Part shown: in pieces, positions 1 through 9,773 of the stretch
Layout: each line of letters starts with the position of its first letter
Position numbering within the stretch: position 1 is the first letter of the stretch
IMG/VR virus record: IMGVR_UViG_3300029288_000054
Coordinates: 198,607 to 262,606 of that record
Reading direction: 5' to 3' (one strand)
DNA from: a virus
Lineage: Duplodnaviria; Heunggongvirae; Uroviricota; Caudoviricetes
DNA: 64,000 nt
The notes under the pieces: model-generated
Told to the model about the DNA's origin: nothing
Seen by the model: only the letters and a program-made list of their open reading frames with translations
The model's database searches: none
Made by a program: the position numbers and the translations under genes

Positions 1-76
1 ACGTGCTGATGACCCGCTAGAAACGCAACCGCCCTGTTGATGCGATACCAACAGGGCGGTAAGTGACTTCGCCAGC

Positions 77-637
77 TTAGGCTGCTGGTGTTTCATCAGC
101 CGGAACTTCCGGTGTGGTTTCCACGGGGGCGGCTGGGATGTCCTCGGGGATTCCGGCAGCGATGGCCAGACTAACCGCCACACCACCAACTACCTCGACG
201 TCCAACAGACCCGAAATAGTTTGAATACCTTCGCCGACGTCTGCGTCCGCTGTCACTGTAAGTTGGGTCGTGCCCAATTCGCCAGTGGTGGTGGCTACGC
301 ATGTGAAACCATCGGTCGACGGTTCGAGTGTGACGATCCCCGGACCAACAACGGCCCAAACCGGTGCTCCATCAACCTGCGCTGGATTACCCTTAGCGTC
401 AACTGGTGACACATTGATGGTAACCCTCTGGTTGTCCTTAAGAATTAGCGACATTGCGACTTCTCCTGAATTCGGTGAGGTTTCAACAGGGCCAATATGC
501 CACCGAAAACATACAGCCTTCCGATTACAGGGTAGCTCACGGATATCGTGGGATATTTCCTCGACGACACCCTCTAAACGATTGATACGTACACCAAGAT
601 GATGTCTACGCCTAAACCAGCCAAAGAGCCTACACAT
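77..637 (-). CDS. Ig-like (Big_2-type) domain structural protein; N-terminal RLEGVVE motif
   Basis: 186 aa. C-terminal region is a beta-rich T/G/V repeat pattern typical of bacterial Ig-like domains (VTINVSPVDAKGNP...TVTADADVGEG). N-terminus carries the motif RINRLEGVVEEISHDI, shared with the ORF at 37952. Confidence 0.5.
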   Translation of the reverse strand: MCRLFGWFRRRHHLGVRINRLEGVVEEISHDIRELPCNRKAVCFRWHIGPVETSPNSGEVAMSLILKDNQRVTINVSPVDAKGNPAQVDGAPVWAVVGPGIVTLEPSTDGFTCVATTTGELGTTQLTVTADADVGEGIQTISGLLDVEVVGGVAVSLAIAAGIPEDIPAAPVETTPEVPADETPAA

Positions 638-800
638 GACATCTCTCCTATTGCTTCTCTATTTACGATGTTTGATGGACTTTCTTTTGGCCAAGGATGG
701 GCTTCCTTTTAGTTTCGTTGCGTCACTAGACAAACGTGGTGTTGATAGAGTATTTGAATCTTGACGCCACGTTTGACGTGTCAGAAAGCCTGGAGATAGT

Positions 801-1193
801 ATGGATTCGGAAGAGCAGGAGATCGAAGAGAATGAGGTCGAGGAATGTACTGCACAACCAAACATCGTCTTGCCCAATGAGATAATATTATATTGCCGTA
901 TCATTCTAATTAGGAATGGTATGGCTTCTATAGTTCTAACAGATCAGAAAGGGCATAGTTCGTTCGCGGAGTGTAAGGTCGCTAGACTTAAGGTGTGTGG
1001 AATTTCAACTAATGCCGGTAAGTTCGATATCATCATCGCTAAGCCTGACGCTATAGTAATCACATTGCGGACACCACGCCGTGAGCGCATCTTATCAGAA
1101 TCTGAATGGCGGTTTATGGCCGAAACAATTGAACAAGTACTATCCGACAACAAACTGTGTGATAGTCTCCCAGCGTATATCTATGGTAATTAA
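801..1193 (+). CDS. hypothetical protein
   Basis: 130 aa ORF, divergent from 77..637. No recognisable motifs. Confidence 0.35.
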   Translation: MDSEEQEIEENEVEECTAQPNIVLPNEIILYCRIILIRNGMASIVLTDQKGHSSFAECKVARLKVCGISTNAGKFDIIIAKPDAIVITLRTPRRERILSESEWRFMAETIEQVLSDNKLCDSLPAYIYGN

Positions 1194-1694
1194 ATGATTA
1201 AGAAACCGTGCGAGATTAGTACCGATGTTAAAATGGCTGTTCAACTTATCGTCGAATCGCCATCCACTGAACAGCCGCAAACATCAGAAAAGCCGTGGTC
1301 GCTACATATGCTCGGTGACATCGGCATGCTTGATATTCGTTCTGCCGACGGTGGACCAGTTGCCTTTACTGGTACTGCTGTGCGCACACGCGAAGAGAAT
1401 GAAGCAAACGGTGCTTTAATCGTGAGCGCAGCTAACACCTTTGGCGACATTCCCGATATCGTGTCATACGCCTATCATCTAGGTATGCGTAATGTCGAAG
1501 AATTACTTAAATTGGTGCAGAAGATCGCACTAGAAGCATTCAAACATTGGGATAACGATGAAGATATGAAAGTAGGCAAAATACTACAGGCACTGGCAGG
1601 TATTTTGCCTGGTTATAGAGTTGATACCGACTTGCTTAGTTCGACTATCGATACATTTCACAGGGAGTACGATGATGACGGAGTGGCGACATAA
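1194..1694 (+). CDS. hypothetical protein
   Basis: 166 aa ORF starting 1 nt after the previous stop. Confidence 0.4.
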   Translation: MIKKPCEISTDVKMAVQLIVESPSTEQPQTSEKPWSLHMLGDIGMLDIRSADGGPVAFTGTAVRTREENEANGALIVSAANTFGDIPDIVSYAYHLGMRNVEELLKLVQKIALEAFKHWDNDEDMKVGKILQALAGILPGYRVDTDLLSSTIDTFHREYDDDGVAT

Positions 1695-1929
1695 GATTAA
1701 TCTCGCTAGCGTAATGTGCAGGTGTGCTGAAGAGCATGATCTCACACATATCGAGGAAGACTGCCCAGAAGAAGTGAAAGAGGCGATTGCGACAGAGATC
1801 GTCAAGGCTTGGCCACTTAAACGATTCGCTCAGACAATACGGCAAGCGAAGAGCATCGCTGAAGTCAATCGCATACTTAAGAACATCTATGATGAGGCGG
1901 ATCGATCGTCCGTTTGGTGCGGGCTCTAA
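1672..1929 (+). CDS. hypothetical protein (start trimmed to in-frame ATG at 1672)
   Basis: The 1621..1929 ORF has an in-frame ATGATG at 1672. Using it avoids a long overlap with 1194..1694. Confidence 0.3.
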   Translation: MMTEWRHKINLASVMCRCAEEHDLTHIEEDCPEEVKEAIATEIVKAWPLKRFAQTIRQAKSIAEVNRILKNIYDEADRSSVWCGL

Positions 1930-2123
1930 TCCAAAGCCTTTTTCTCGCCCTTCCGTAGCACCAAAATGATCTCGCTACCGTTGTTTTCTACATCGACGAT
2001 AGTGTACCCAATCAGGGTAGAGTGATGCACTCTCCTTTTTGATGCACCGGTCTTGCTATATTCGGTTATATGTTGATCGCCGACGAGGCATAATGGGTCT
2101 GTGGTGATTGTAATTTTCTTCAT
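1926..2123 (-). CDS. hypothetical small protein
   Basis: 65 aa ORF, 4-nt overlap with the upstream ORF. Confidence 0.3.
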   Translation of the reverse strand: MKKITITTDPLCLVGDQHITEYSKTGASKRRVHHSTLIGYTIVDVENNGSEIILVLRKGEKKALD

Positions 2124-2458
2124 TGGCGTGTATATTTTTTAACTTCGCTTATAGCATCTTTAGCAGCCAAAATATGCCGAAGATCGAAGTAAGCAGACGC
2201 TGCTGGGTCTGCTTGAATATCGCGTAGTAGCATCATAACTACTTGCAGTAGGTTTTCGTGACAGTTGCAAGCGCAGACGATAAAGTTCGCATCATCTTCA
2301 CTGATTTGAACGCCTGACACTGCTCCATCGCTGCTAGAATCATATGCTGCAGATATAACAACCGGTCGTCTTCCGGCGAATATCTCTCGCCAATCTTTGG
2401 CAAAGCTGCTTTTCGTTGCTGTACTCTTGACTTCCCAGGGTGTTTCCGTATGTTTCAT
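2120..2458 (-). CDS. hypothetical protein
   Basis: 112 aa ORF, followed by the 65 aa ORF 1926..2123 with an ATGA-type overlap. Confidence 0.4.
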   Translation of the reverse strand: MKHTETPWEVKSTATKSSFAKDWREIFAGRRPVVISAAYDSSSDGAVSGVQISEDDANFIVCACNCHENLLQVVMMLLRDIQADPAASAYFDLRHILAAKDAISEVKKYTRQ

Positions 2459-2473
2459 TATAGTTCCAGTTTG

Positions 2474-2482
2474 TTATAATTG
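2474..2482 (+). promoter_or_regulatory. candidate -10 element (TTATAATTG) in divergent intergenic region ahead of methyltransferase operon
   Basis: TATAAT hexamer about 45 nt upstream of the ATG at 2525. No convincing -35. Confidence 0.2.
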
Positions 2483-2524
2483 ATGTGGCCGGTATTTAAT
2501 TCAAATACGAGGTAAACATATAAT

Positions 2525-3673
2525 ATGGACACAGAACATTTAGGACAAGTCTTCACTCCACAATCCATAGTATTTCGTATGCTTGGACTGCGGCAGCGTC
2601 TTGGGACCGTCTTGGAACCAAGTGTTGGCGATGGTGCCTTTTGGCAGCATCTACGCGGAGAAGATGCTGTCGGTATTGAAGTTGACCCGAGGTATTGCCC
2701 ATCAGACTGCTTTAATATGGACTTCTTCGATTATGACGTCAGCCATCGATTTAATACGATCATAGCAAACCCACCATATGTCGCTGGCAAGAATGTTTGT
2801 GTGTCGACTAGAGCAAAGTTGACCAAACTGTTCCCATTTAAAACGAATCTCTATATTCATTTCATTGCCAAGTGCCTAGCACATCTCAATCGCCACGGTG
2901 AATTAATATTTATCACGCCACGCGATTTCATTAAGCTCACGCTTGCGGCCCCTATCAATAACTTGATGGCTTCAACTGGTTATATAACGCATTGGCTCGA
3001 ATTCGGTGAGGATAATCCTTTCACAGGTCCGACCGCGCACAATTTGGCGATATGGAGATTCGAGAAAGACTACACGGGCCACAAATTGACCTTCGTGAAT
3101 GATTCTATTAGAAGGATGGTCAATTCGAATGGTCAGTTGATGTTCGTATCAGCCGACTATTCCGTCCCGTTTTCAGAATTGTTCTATGTCAAAGTTGGTG
3201 CCGTTAGCGGTGCCGACAAAGTGTTCGTTGATGAAAAAGGCAACCTTGATATAGTTTATTCGAGGACAGCTAGAACGGGTAAGACTAGAAAAGTCTACTA
3301 CGATCACTTTGACGATCATTTACTTGAATCCAAAGAGCGGCTAAAAGCTAGACGGATCAGAAAATTCAACGATGATAATTGGTTTAGATGGGGGCGGTCG
3401 CTTTGTTCTGATGATGCTGATAGAATTTACGTCAATTGTAAGACACGTAGCAGCAGGCCATTCTTCTTACATCCGTGTAAGAACTTCGATGGTGCTGTCT
3501 TAGCAGTGTTCCCAAAGAAAAGAATGAATCTGCGGAAGGCGTGTGAGATGTTAAATGACGTCGACTGGCACGATCTTGGCTTTGGTTATGGTGGCAGATT
3601 TATTTTCAACCAGAGGTCGTTGGAAAATTCACTACTACCAGCCGATTTGGCTGCCGGGGTTTTAAATGGGTAG
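2525..3673 (+). CDS. N6-adenine DNA methyltransferase, gamma class (TaqI/Eco57I-like)
   Basis: 382 aa. Motifs FTPxxIV, LEPSVGDGAF (SAM-binding motif I) and IANPPY (motif IV) in the order typical of gamma-class N6A MTases. Confidence 0.8.
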   Translation: MDTEHLGQVFTPQSIVFRMLGLRQRLGTVLEPSVGDGAFWQHLRGEDAVGIEVDPRYCPSDCFNMDFFDYDVSHRFNTIIANPPYVAGKNVCVSTRAKLTKLFPFKTNLYIHFIAKCLAHLNRHGELIFITPRDFIKLTLAAPINNLMASTGYITHWLEFGEDNPFTGPTAHNLAIWRFEKDYTGHKLTFVNDSIRRMVNSNGQLMFVSADYSVPFSELFYVKVGAVSGADKVFVDEKGNLDIVYSRTARTGKTRKVYYDHFDDHLLESKERLKARRIRKFNDDNWFRWGRSLCSDDADRIYVNCKTRSSRPFFLHPCKNFDGAVLAVFPKKRMNLRKACEMLNDVDWHDLGFGYGGRFIFNQRSLENSLLPADLAAGVLNG

Positions 3674-4457
3674 GCACATAAGAAAAAGCAAACAATGTGC
3701 ATTCTTTACCAAGCCAGAGATAGCGAAACGGCTGATCGATGAGACACATACCGAACGATTCAAGCTCATTATTGAACCGTCTGCTGGCAATGGATCGTTT
3801 TCAAGACAAATCGAAGGTTATCGATGGGCTCTTGATATAGACCCAAAACATCCATCAATAGTCAAGTGTGATTTTTTGAAGTTTCAGTATAATGGTGAAA
3901 TCGATCGCAAAGACATACTATGCATTGGTAATCCTCCCTTTGGTCCAAACGGCTCGCTTGCACTAGCTTTCATTAAGAAATGTGCAGAGATAGCTGATAC
4001 TATCGCTTTTATTTTGCCGCTCTCATATAAGAAAGAGAGTATGCAGGCGAGAATACCAGGATATTATCATCTAACTAAGCAGATAGATTTACCATTAGAG
4101 AACGCTTTGCTCAATGGTGAGCCGCAAGAAGTTCCAGTCGTTTTTCAGATTTGGGAGCGTAAACGGTACCTGAGACCAAAACCTGTCTATGTTCCGCCAG
4201 TCGGTTTCTCTTACGTGAAAAGAGATCAAGCACACTTTTGTGTCAGACGAGTCGGAATGCGTGCTGGTAAGGCATCTCGTGAATTATCACCATCTATTAC
4301 TGCACACTACTACATTAGACTTGATAACGTCGTCTGGGTCGATACGGCGATACAGCAACTCAATATGGTGAAATGGGAACATAATAATACGGTAGGCCAG
4401 AGGTCAATATCGAAGAATGAGTTAACTAGAGTATTAACTCCGATATTGATGCTTTAA
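3666..4457 (+). CDS. N6-adenine DNA methyltransferase, gamma class (second, tandem)
   Basis: 263 aa. Motifs IEPSAGNGSF (motif I) and IGNPPFG (motif IV). Overlaps the previous gene by 8 nt. Confidence 0.75.
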   Translation: MGRHIRKSKQCAFFTKPEIAKRLIDETHTERFKLIIEPSAGNGSFSRQIEGYRWALDIDPKHPSIVKCDFLKFQYNGEIDRKDILCIGNPPFGPNGSLALAFIKKCAEIADTIAFILPLSYKKESMQARIPGYYHLTKQIDLPLENALLNGEPQEVPVVFQIWERKRYLRPKPVYVPPVGFSYVKRDQAHFCVRRVGMRAGKASRELSPSITAHYYIRLDNVVWVDTAIQQLNMVKWEHNNTVGQRSISKNELTRVLTPILML

Positions 4458-5248
4458 TCTTTCTCTTGCGATATCAACTTCCGGATGAAAGTGCTATAGG
4501 CGTCCTTCATCGGTAATTCGAGTTCCCGATGCAATCGCTTGCGATTCACTATCACTGGCTTCTGTGTGGCTTTATTGATCGCGTGTTTTTCGTATTCCTG
4601 CCAATAGACGCCAATACCGCGTTTCTGCCAACTCGGCAAATCATTGAAGTTGATGTGGTAGTCGAATAGTAGTTCGTTCTTTTGCGGAACGGTTAGTCCG
4701 AGCATTTCGGACGTTGCTTTTCTCGCACTCCTACCAGCACTCCGTAGGCACCAATAACAGTGCGAGTTCAATGCATTTCGGCATGCGTCCTCGTTCCGCC
4801 AGCGGAAGTAATCGACAACCAATGCCGTGGCTGGAAGTTCTGAGATTCTGCAATCGAATGCAACCGTATCCTTACCGGTCGTCGCCGGGAAAAGACCGAT
4901 CAATAACGATGTAAATACCGAACTCGCTTCACCAGCCAGCACAGAAGTCAGCTTTCGAACCTTTCTGCCGAAAGTCTGCTCATTTAATGCGAAAAGCAAT
5001 GAAATCTCATCGCTCTCGGTATAACCATAGATAATGTCGAATCCACATTTCATCAGATGCTCGGTGGTACCGATCATCAAATCACGGAACGCGACGTCAA
5101 AAGGTGCCTCGAACCTACCGCTCTCCTTCGTCAGCCGTGTGAAACTACGTCCGTCTAATCGAGCTACCATGTGAATGCCAGGAAGGACGCAATAATCATG
5201 TGCTGTTTCGAACACACGCATTTTAGTGTCGAGGTCATCGAACTTCAT
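4454..5248 (-). CDS. Thg1-like protein (tRNA-His guanylyltransferase family 3'-5' nucleotidyltransferase)
   Basis: 264 aa. Begins KFDDLD..FE...D, then HMVARLDGRSF and GYTESDEISLLF, matching the Thg1/TLP palm motifs (VVRxDGxxF, YGxSDExS). Confidence 0.7.
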   Translation of the reverse strand: MKFDDLDTKMRVFETAHDYCVLPGIHMVARLDGRSFTRLTKESGRFEAPFDVAFRDLMIGTTEHLMKCGFDIIYGYTESDEISLLFALNEQTFGRKVRKLTSVLAGEASSVFTSLLIGLFPATTGKDTVAFDCRISELPATALVVDYFRWRNEDACRNALNSHCYWCLRSAGRSARKATSEMLGLTVPQKNELLFDYHINFNDLPSWQKRGIGVYWQEYEKHAINKATQKPVIVNRKRLHRELELPMKDAYSTFIRKLISQEKD

Positions 5249-5249
5249 G

Positions 5250-5618
5250 TTAACTCCCAGCTATTTCTTTCAGGCGTTCGCGGACTGACGGTATTGCCAG
5301 CTGTGCCACTTGCTCTTCGATGATTTTCACTAACTCGCGCACCAGATAGGTTCCGGCTTCTCTGATCTCAGCAGCTTCTCCACCAGTTGGGCTATGCGTT
5401 CCCAATAATGGAGTTTGCTGATACATCGCATCAAGCAGTGTACCGATCACAATAACGGGCTGCTCGCCGGTATATTGGGCTAATGGGTGGCCGTCGCAAC
5501 CACGGCAATCCCATTGGACCTCGACATTGCCGGTCTTAGTTTGTTTCACTTTTCTGATGAGCCATGGGAACATTTCATTTCTCCAACTTGTAATAACCAT
5601 ACACACATCTTGTGCCAT
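5250..5618 (-). CDS. hypothetical protein
   Basis: 122 aa ORF in the operon. Confidence 0.4.
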   Translation of the reverse strand: MAQDVCMVITSWRNEMFPWLIRKVKQTKTGNVEVQWDCRGCDGHPLAQYTGEQPVIVIGTLLDAMYQQTPLLGTHSPTGGEAAEIREAGTYLVRELVKIIEEQVAQLAIPSVRERLKEIAGS

Positions 5619-6081
5619 CGCGTGATGGATTATGTGTGTCGTTGATTACGCCATCAATAACAGCAACGTAGTGTTTGGATACTGCGACCACTAGCCGACC
5701 TATTGGCAATTCATCTGCATGCAAGTGGACCCGGCAGCCGAATCTGATTTGCATGGTCGGATACCACTTAAAACCAAGGCTAGCCATGTAGTCTTTGAAC
5801 CATTTCCGTTTTGTATTCACACCATCACGGGCACTAGCTCTTTGTTTCGATTTGGTGGTCTTTCGCTGTGTGCGTGTCCCTTCGGATAATACGTCATAGA
5901 CTTCGCGATACGGCCTACCAGAAGCGATGGCGACTGCTCTTACAACGCAATCGCCAGCCGATCCTTTGAATCCGGCTGCGGTTCTTCCACCGTCATTAAG
6001 CAGGAATTGCATCTGATGGCTCCGATTGAACAAACTCATAGGCATCGAGACATTCGCCGAGCGTACACCACTTCGAACCAT
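5575..6081 (-). CDS. papain-like cysteine peptidase, C39-like domain
   Basis: 168 aa. SAGDCVVRAVAIASG (Cys motif resembling C39 DCGxAxxAM) and a downstream KHYVAVIDGVINDTHNP (His motif). Confidence 0.45.
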   Translation of the reverse strand: MVRSGVRSANVSMPMSLFNRSHQMQFLLNDGGRTAAGFKGSAGDCVVRAVAIASGRPYREVYDVLSEGTRTQRKTTKSKQRASARDGVNTKRKWFKDYMASLGFKWYPTMQIRFGCRVHLHADELPIGRLVVAVSKHYVAVIDGVINDTHNPSRDGTRCVYGYYKLEK

Positions 6082-6343
6082 CGCTTACGGACAGTATCTT
6101 TTCGTCTCTCCAAGCACCCTCCGGATCATTTGGGATGAACACGGCAGCAACACGCTGGCCGTTCTTTTCGAGCAGATCGCGTAGGTCGCTTAGTGCTTGG
6201 GTTTTGGTGCAGTCTTGTTTCAGAATGAGCTTAAGGTGGTATGGCTTCGCGATTATTTTGAATCGCTCGAACAAATCAGCGTCTTGCATGAATCTGGTTA
6301 TGCGTTCATCGCCAAAAATAGCGACAACAATCAATTCGCTCAT
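5996..6343 (-). CDS. hypothetical protein
   Basis: 115 aa ORF. Confidence 0.35.
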   Translation of the reverse strand: MSELIVVAIFGDERITRFMQDADLFERFKIIAKPYHLKLILKQDCTKTQALSDLRDLLEKNGQRVAAVFIPNDPEGAWRDEKILSVSDGSKWCTLGECLDAYEFVQSEPSDAIPA

Positions 6344-6570
6344 TTCACTCTCCTTATGCTATATCTAGCGAAGTGTTTGATGGTGCAGATACCATCAATC
6401 CATTTCTTGCGAATGAAGCGGCCAGCCTTATTCTTCACAAGAGTGATATAAGAAAGCTCGGTTTCTTTATATGATGTATCCCTCTTACCTGGCCAGAAGA
6501 ATAGAACGCCGCGATAGGTTCCATTTACGCAGCGATATATTCCGCCGATCTTTATCTCACTTGGTTTCAT
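6340..6570 (-). CDS. hypothetical small protein
   Basis: 76 aa, ATGA overlap with neighbours. Confidence 0.35.
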   Translation of the reverse strand: MKPSEIKIGGIYRCVNGTYRGVLFFWPGKRDTSYKETELSYITLVKNKAGRFIRKKWIDGICTIKHFARYSIRRVK

Positions 6571-6815
6571 GATACATCATCAAGATGAATAGCTCGTTCA
6601 GGTAATTCTATCTGATTTGGCACAACAAATACCTTATTGAGTGGTACATTGTTCGCCGCTAGCATCCTTGCTATAATAGTTTGTGAGTAGCCATGATCGT
6701 CTAGTTTCTCAGCCAACGCAATAGCGCGTTCTTCACCGATTCCGACGAAATCCTCAAACTCAGCGAAATCTGAGAACCACCAAACGTGATCTGGCACCGA
6801 TCTGTCATTCGCCAT
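6567..6815 (-). CDS. hypothetical protein (start trimmed to ATG at 6815)
   Basis: The internal Met removes most of the overlap with the upstream ORF. Confidence 0.3.
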   Translation of the reverse strand: MANDRSVPDHVWWFSDFAEFEDFVGIGEERAIALAEKLDDHGYSQTIIARMLAANNVPLNKVFVVPNQIELPERAIHLDDVS

Positions 6816-7272
6816 TTTCGCCGAACACCCACATGTGGTCGAATTCGGAAGCAGCCATCGCAGGAGTATCGCCAGTCGCTGACACTCCATCGAGCTCCAT
6901 CGTCCAGCGGTCATCAACCTCTTTGATGGTCACACCGGGTTGGCGTGATGGCCGCTGGAATTCTTTGTAGTGTCGGACGGCAAGTTGGGCCATCTTCAAC
7001 CGTTCTGCACACTCGGCTTGTTCTGCTTGAATCCTCGTCCTCATCGCATCGACGCTCAATAGGGCGGCATCGCGGTTGATTTGGGCTACTTCGCGCTCCA
7101 ACTCGGTCCGGCGTAAGGCTTCTTCGGCTGACTTTATCGAGATCTCTTCCATGCGCTTCTGATATGATGCACGATCATCCAAACCGAGCATACCCATCAT
7201 CTTATCAAGCCGCTCTCTGGCCATCTCGTAGTAATCGGTCTCTGGCTCTTGATCATTTGACATTATTTTCAT
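6805..7272 (-). CDS. coiled-coil protein
   Basis: 155 aa, rich in E/R/A heptad-like sequence. Confidence 0.4.
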   Translation of the reverse strand: MKIMSNDQEPETDYYEMARERLDKMMGMLGLDDRASYQKRMEEISIKSAEEALRRTELEREVAQINRDAALLSVDAMRTRIQAEQAECAERLKMAQLAVRHYKEFQRPSRQPGVTIKEVDDRWTMELDGVSATGDTPAMAASEFDHMWVFGENGE

Positions 7273-8266
7273 ATCCTTCGGGATGAACTCTAAACCAATT
7301 CCAAGCTGTTCTGATGATGTCGTCTATCTCGACATATTGTGGCGACCACCCTAACTCGTGTCGAATCTTGTCGGCGTTTGCGAATAAAATAGCCGGGTCG
7401 CCTTCCCTTCTGTGGCCATATTCAACCTTGAAGTCTATACCAGTGATGTGCTTGGTTACTTCTATGATCTCTTTCACAGAATAGCCATGCCCAATGCCGA
7501 TATTATAGAATCTCTGGTCGCCTGGACGCAAGGCTTCCATGGCCAAAATATGGGCGGCACATAGGTCTTCAACGTGCACATAGTCGCGAATGCAAGTCCC
7601 GTCAAGTGCACCGGTACAATCAACTGTCGGATAATCAGTTCCGAAGACTGTAATCCCGCTTCGCTTACCAAGCGAAGCAAGCAGAGCTATTGGAATTAAA
7701 TGTGTCTCAGGCTTATGATCTTCGCCAATTGAACCATCTGCCGCACACCCTGCAACATTGAAGTATCGCAATGCTGCAAAAGCGAAATCGCTATTTGATG
7801 CTGCGTAATCACGCAAAATATGCTCGATAAACAGCTTAGATCGGCCATATGGGTTTATCGGTTTTTGGTGGGTTGATTCGGTAATCTGCGTGACAGTCTC
7901 GCCATAGGTGGCTGCTGTCGAGCTAAATATAATGCGGTTTATTTTAGCAGTACGCATAGCCCGCAGTAGGCTTATCGTCCCGACGACATTATTATCGTAA
8001 TAATAGAGCGGACTTGTAACAGACTCACCAACAGATGTTAGTGCAGCAAAATGCATCACACATTCGATGTTGTGGTCGGTTAATAGATCACGCACCAACA
8101 CCGTTTGATCGAGATCAAAACAATAGAGTATAGCGCGTGGATCGACAGCTTGCTTATGGCCACGACAGCAATTATCGACCACAACTACTTGATTGTTGGC
8201 ATCTAATAGTTGTTTTACAGCATGTGATCCAATATACCCTGCGCCGCCAGTGACTAAGATGTTCAT
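7253..8266 (-). CDS. galE: UDP-glucose 4-epimerase
   Basis: 337 aa. N-terminal ILVTGGAGYIGSH Rossmann motif, YYDNNVVGT, and YxxxK in PYGRSK. Collinear with GalE over its whole length. Confidence 0.85.
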   Translation of the reverse strand: MNILVTGGAGYIGSHAVKQLLDANNQVVVVDNCCRGHKQAVDPRAILYCFDLDQTVLVRDLLTDHNIECVMHFAALTSVGESVTSPLYYYDNNVVGTISLLRAMRTAKINRIIFSSTAATYGETVTQITESTHQKPINPYGRSKLFIEHILRDYAASNSDFAFAALRYFNVAGCAADGSIGEDHKPETHLIPIALLASLGKRSGITVFGTDYPTVDCTGALDGTCIRDYVHVEDLCAAHILAMEALRPGDQRFYNIGIGHGYSVKEIIEVTKHITGIDFKVEYGHRREGDPAILFANADKIRHELGWSPQYVEIDDIIRTAWNWFRVHPEGYENNVK

Positions 8267-8700
8267 GTGTATTCTTTCGGTGCTGCTCTCGCTTCCGCAG
8301 CAGCCTTGGCCATTCCATCGGCTTCTTTACGAAACTCTTCAATCTGTTCCGTTGTGATGCCGGTTCTAGTGGCGGCATTCACTTCTTGCCACCGCTCGTC
8401 GCTCACATTGTGATGCCAAGCGTTCCACTTGCGGTACCATACCCAGTAGGCTTCGGTCCCTCTGCCATCTTCTTGTAATGGTTGCTCGATGCCGAATTTT
8501 GGAAGCTCTCTGATCGCTTCCATCTGTCGTGCCTTTACTTTGACGATATCGGCATCGATCCCGGCGTGTTCGCTTTGCGGGATGCGACCATCAGCCATAT
8601 CATGATTCATACGCCAACAAAAAGCACCACACTCCTCAATAAGGAAGTATAATTCGAGCTCGTTGAGGTCTTTTACGTCTTTATTGATCTGCTTGCTCAT
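8263..8700 (-). CDS. hypothetical protein (start at ATG 8700, ATGA overlap)
   Basis: In-frame ATG at 8700 overlaps the upstream TGA. Confidence 0.4.
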   Translation of the reverse strand: MSKQINKDVKDLNELELYFLIEECGAFCWRMNHDMADGRIPQSEHAGIDADIVKVKARQMEAIRELPKFGIEQPLQEDGRGTEAYWVWYRKWNAWHHNVSDERWQEVNAATRTGITTEQIEEFRKEADGMAKAAAEARAAPKEYT

Positions 8701-9071
8701 GATATTCCTCGTATTTCGGCTAAAATACGGTCTGCACCTTGTACGCACTCTGCCATCGCGTCAGTGTGCATCTTGATGTAGAACGCATACTCTTTAACGA
8801 CCTGCTTGAGCAGTGAGATAGCATGGCTATTGACCATTACACCACCTGTGATCTCGCTGCGAACCGGCGAAATTGTCAGAGTTGCGAATTGGCGTTTGCC
8901 TTTGTCGCCCGGTAAGTCGATATACGCCTCTACTGCTATATGGCAGAATGCAGCGGCACCAACAGGAAGACGCTTGGGGGTGTGTACGGTTACTTTGACG
9001 TGTAGCGGTGCTAATGTTTCCTCTACACATCGTTTGACGCAACGGCAAAATACTGGGGCGGTCATGCTCAT
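8697..9071 (-). CDS. hypothetical protein
   Basis: 124 aa ORF. Confidence 0.4.
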   Translation of the reverse strand: MSMTAPVFCRCVKRCVEETLAPLHVKVTVHTPKRLPVGAAAFCHIAVEAYIDLPGDKGKRQFATLTISPVRSEITGGVMVNSHAISLLKQVVKEYAFYIKMHTDAMAECVQGADRILAEIRGIS

Positions 9072-9529
9072 GTGAAAAGTGTGCCTTCCATTTTACGCCG
9101 ACGTGCTTCTCCGAGGCTTATACCGAGTTCGGCGGCAATCTGCTTCATGTTTTTACCGGCGAATTTGTGTCCATCCGGTGCGTTATGTGGAGCCACTTGA
9201 GCCTTGATCTCGGCGTCGTGCTCCGATTTCCAGGTTAAGTAGGCACTATGATTGTTTTGGAAAGCTTTGCAATCTGGACCTTTTCGCTCCCAAACCGGGC
9301 AGCCATTGCACGGATTGCATCCAGTCATACCCATGAGCATACCGAACAACTCTCGCAAAGAATCGGTTTCTGCTTGGATACACTTATCCGCTTGTAGCTT
9401 TGGGAAATCATAGACCAATCTACCCATTGGAGGGAGATACCTACGATCATTGCGTCTACCGGTCTGCGGAAATGCTTCTTCCAATAACATATGAAACCTC
9501 TCTACCTCTTTATAGCACGAGAGTATCAA
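9068..9529 (-). CDS. hypothetical protein
   Basis: 153 aa ORF. Confidence 0.4.
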   Translation of the reverse strand: MILSCYKEVERFHMLLEEAFPQTGRRNDRRYLPPMGRLVYDFPKLQADKCIQAETDSLRELFGMLMGMTGCNPCNGCPVWERKGPDCKAFQNNHSAYLTWKSEHDAEIKAQVAPHNAPDGHKFAGKNMKQIAAELGISLGEARRRKMEGTLFT

Positions 9530-9773
9530 CTTTTAATTAGTGCTTTTATGTCTTACTTCGGCACTGTGTGTCCGGCACCACATCTGCCAAGATGTGAAAG
9601 TCGCTCTGTGAGATGGATATACTTCCCCGTTTTTGAATATGTCGAAAATAATCGGCTGCATCTCCTCGACCACAATCATCGTTACCAGACACACCACGAT
9701 CTCTTCTGCGATAACGGCCTCAACCATATCGCCGGGTCGTGGGTCAGTCAATGGGCAGCGGTCATCCATGATA

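Noticed and set aside
221-602. Plus-strand ORFs 221..409 and 270..602 inside the Ig-like domain gene
   Set aside because: Antisense to a gene with recognisable Ig-like repeats. The Ser/Thr/Pro-rich translations are typical of GC-rich antisense frames.
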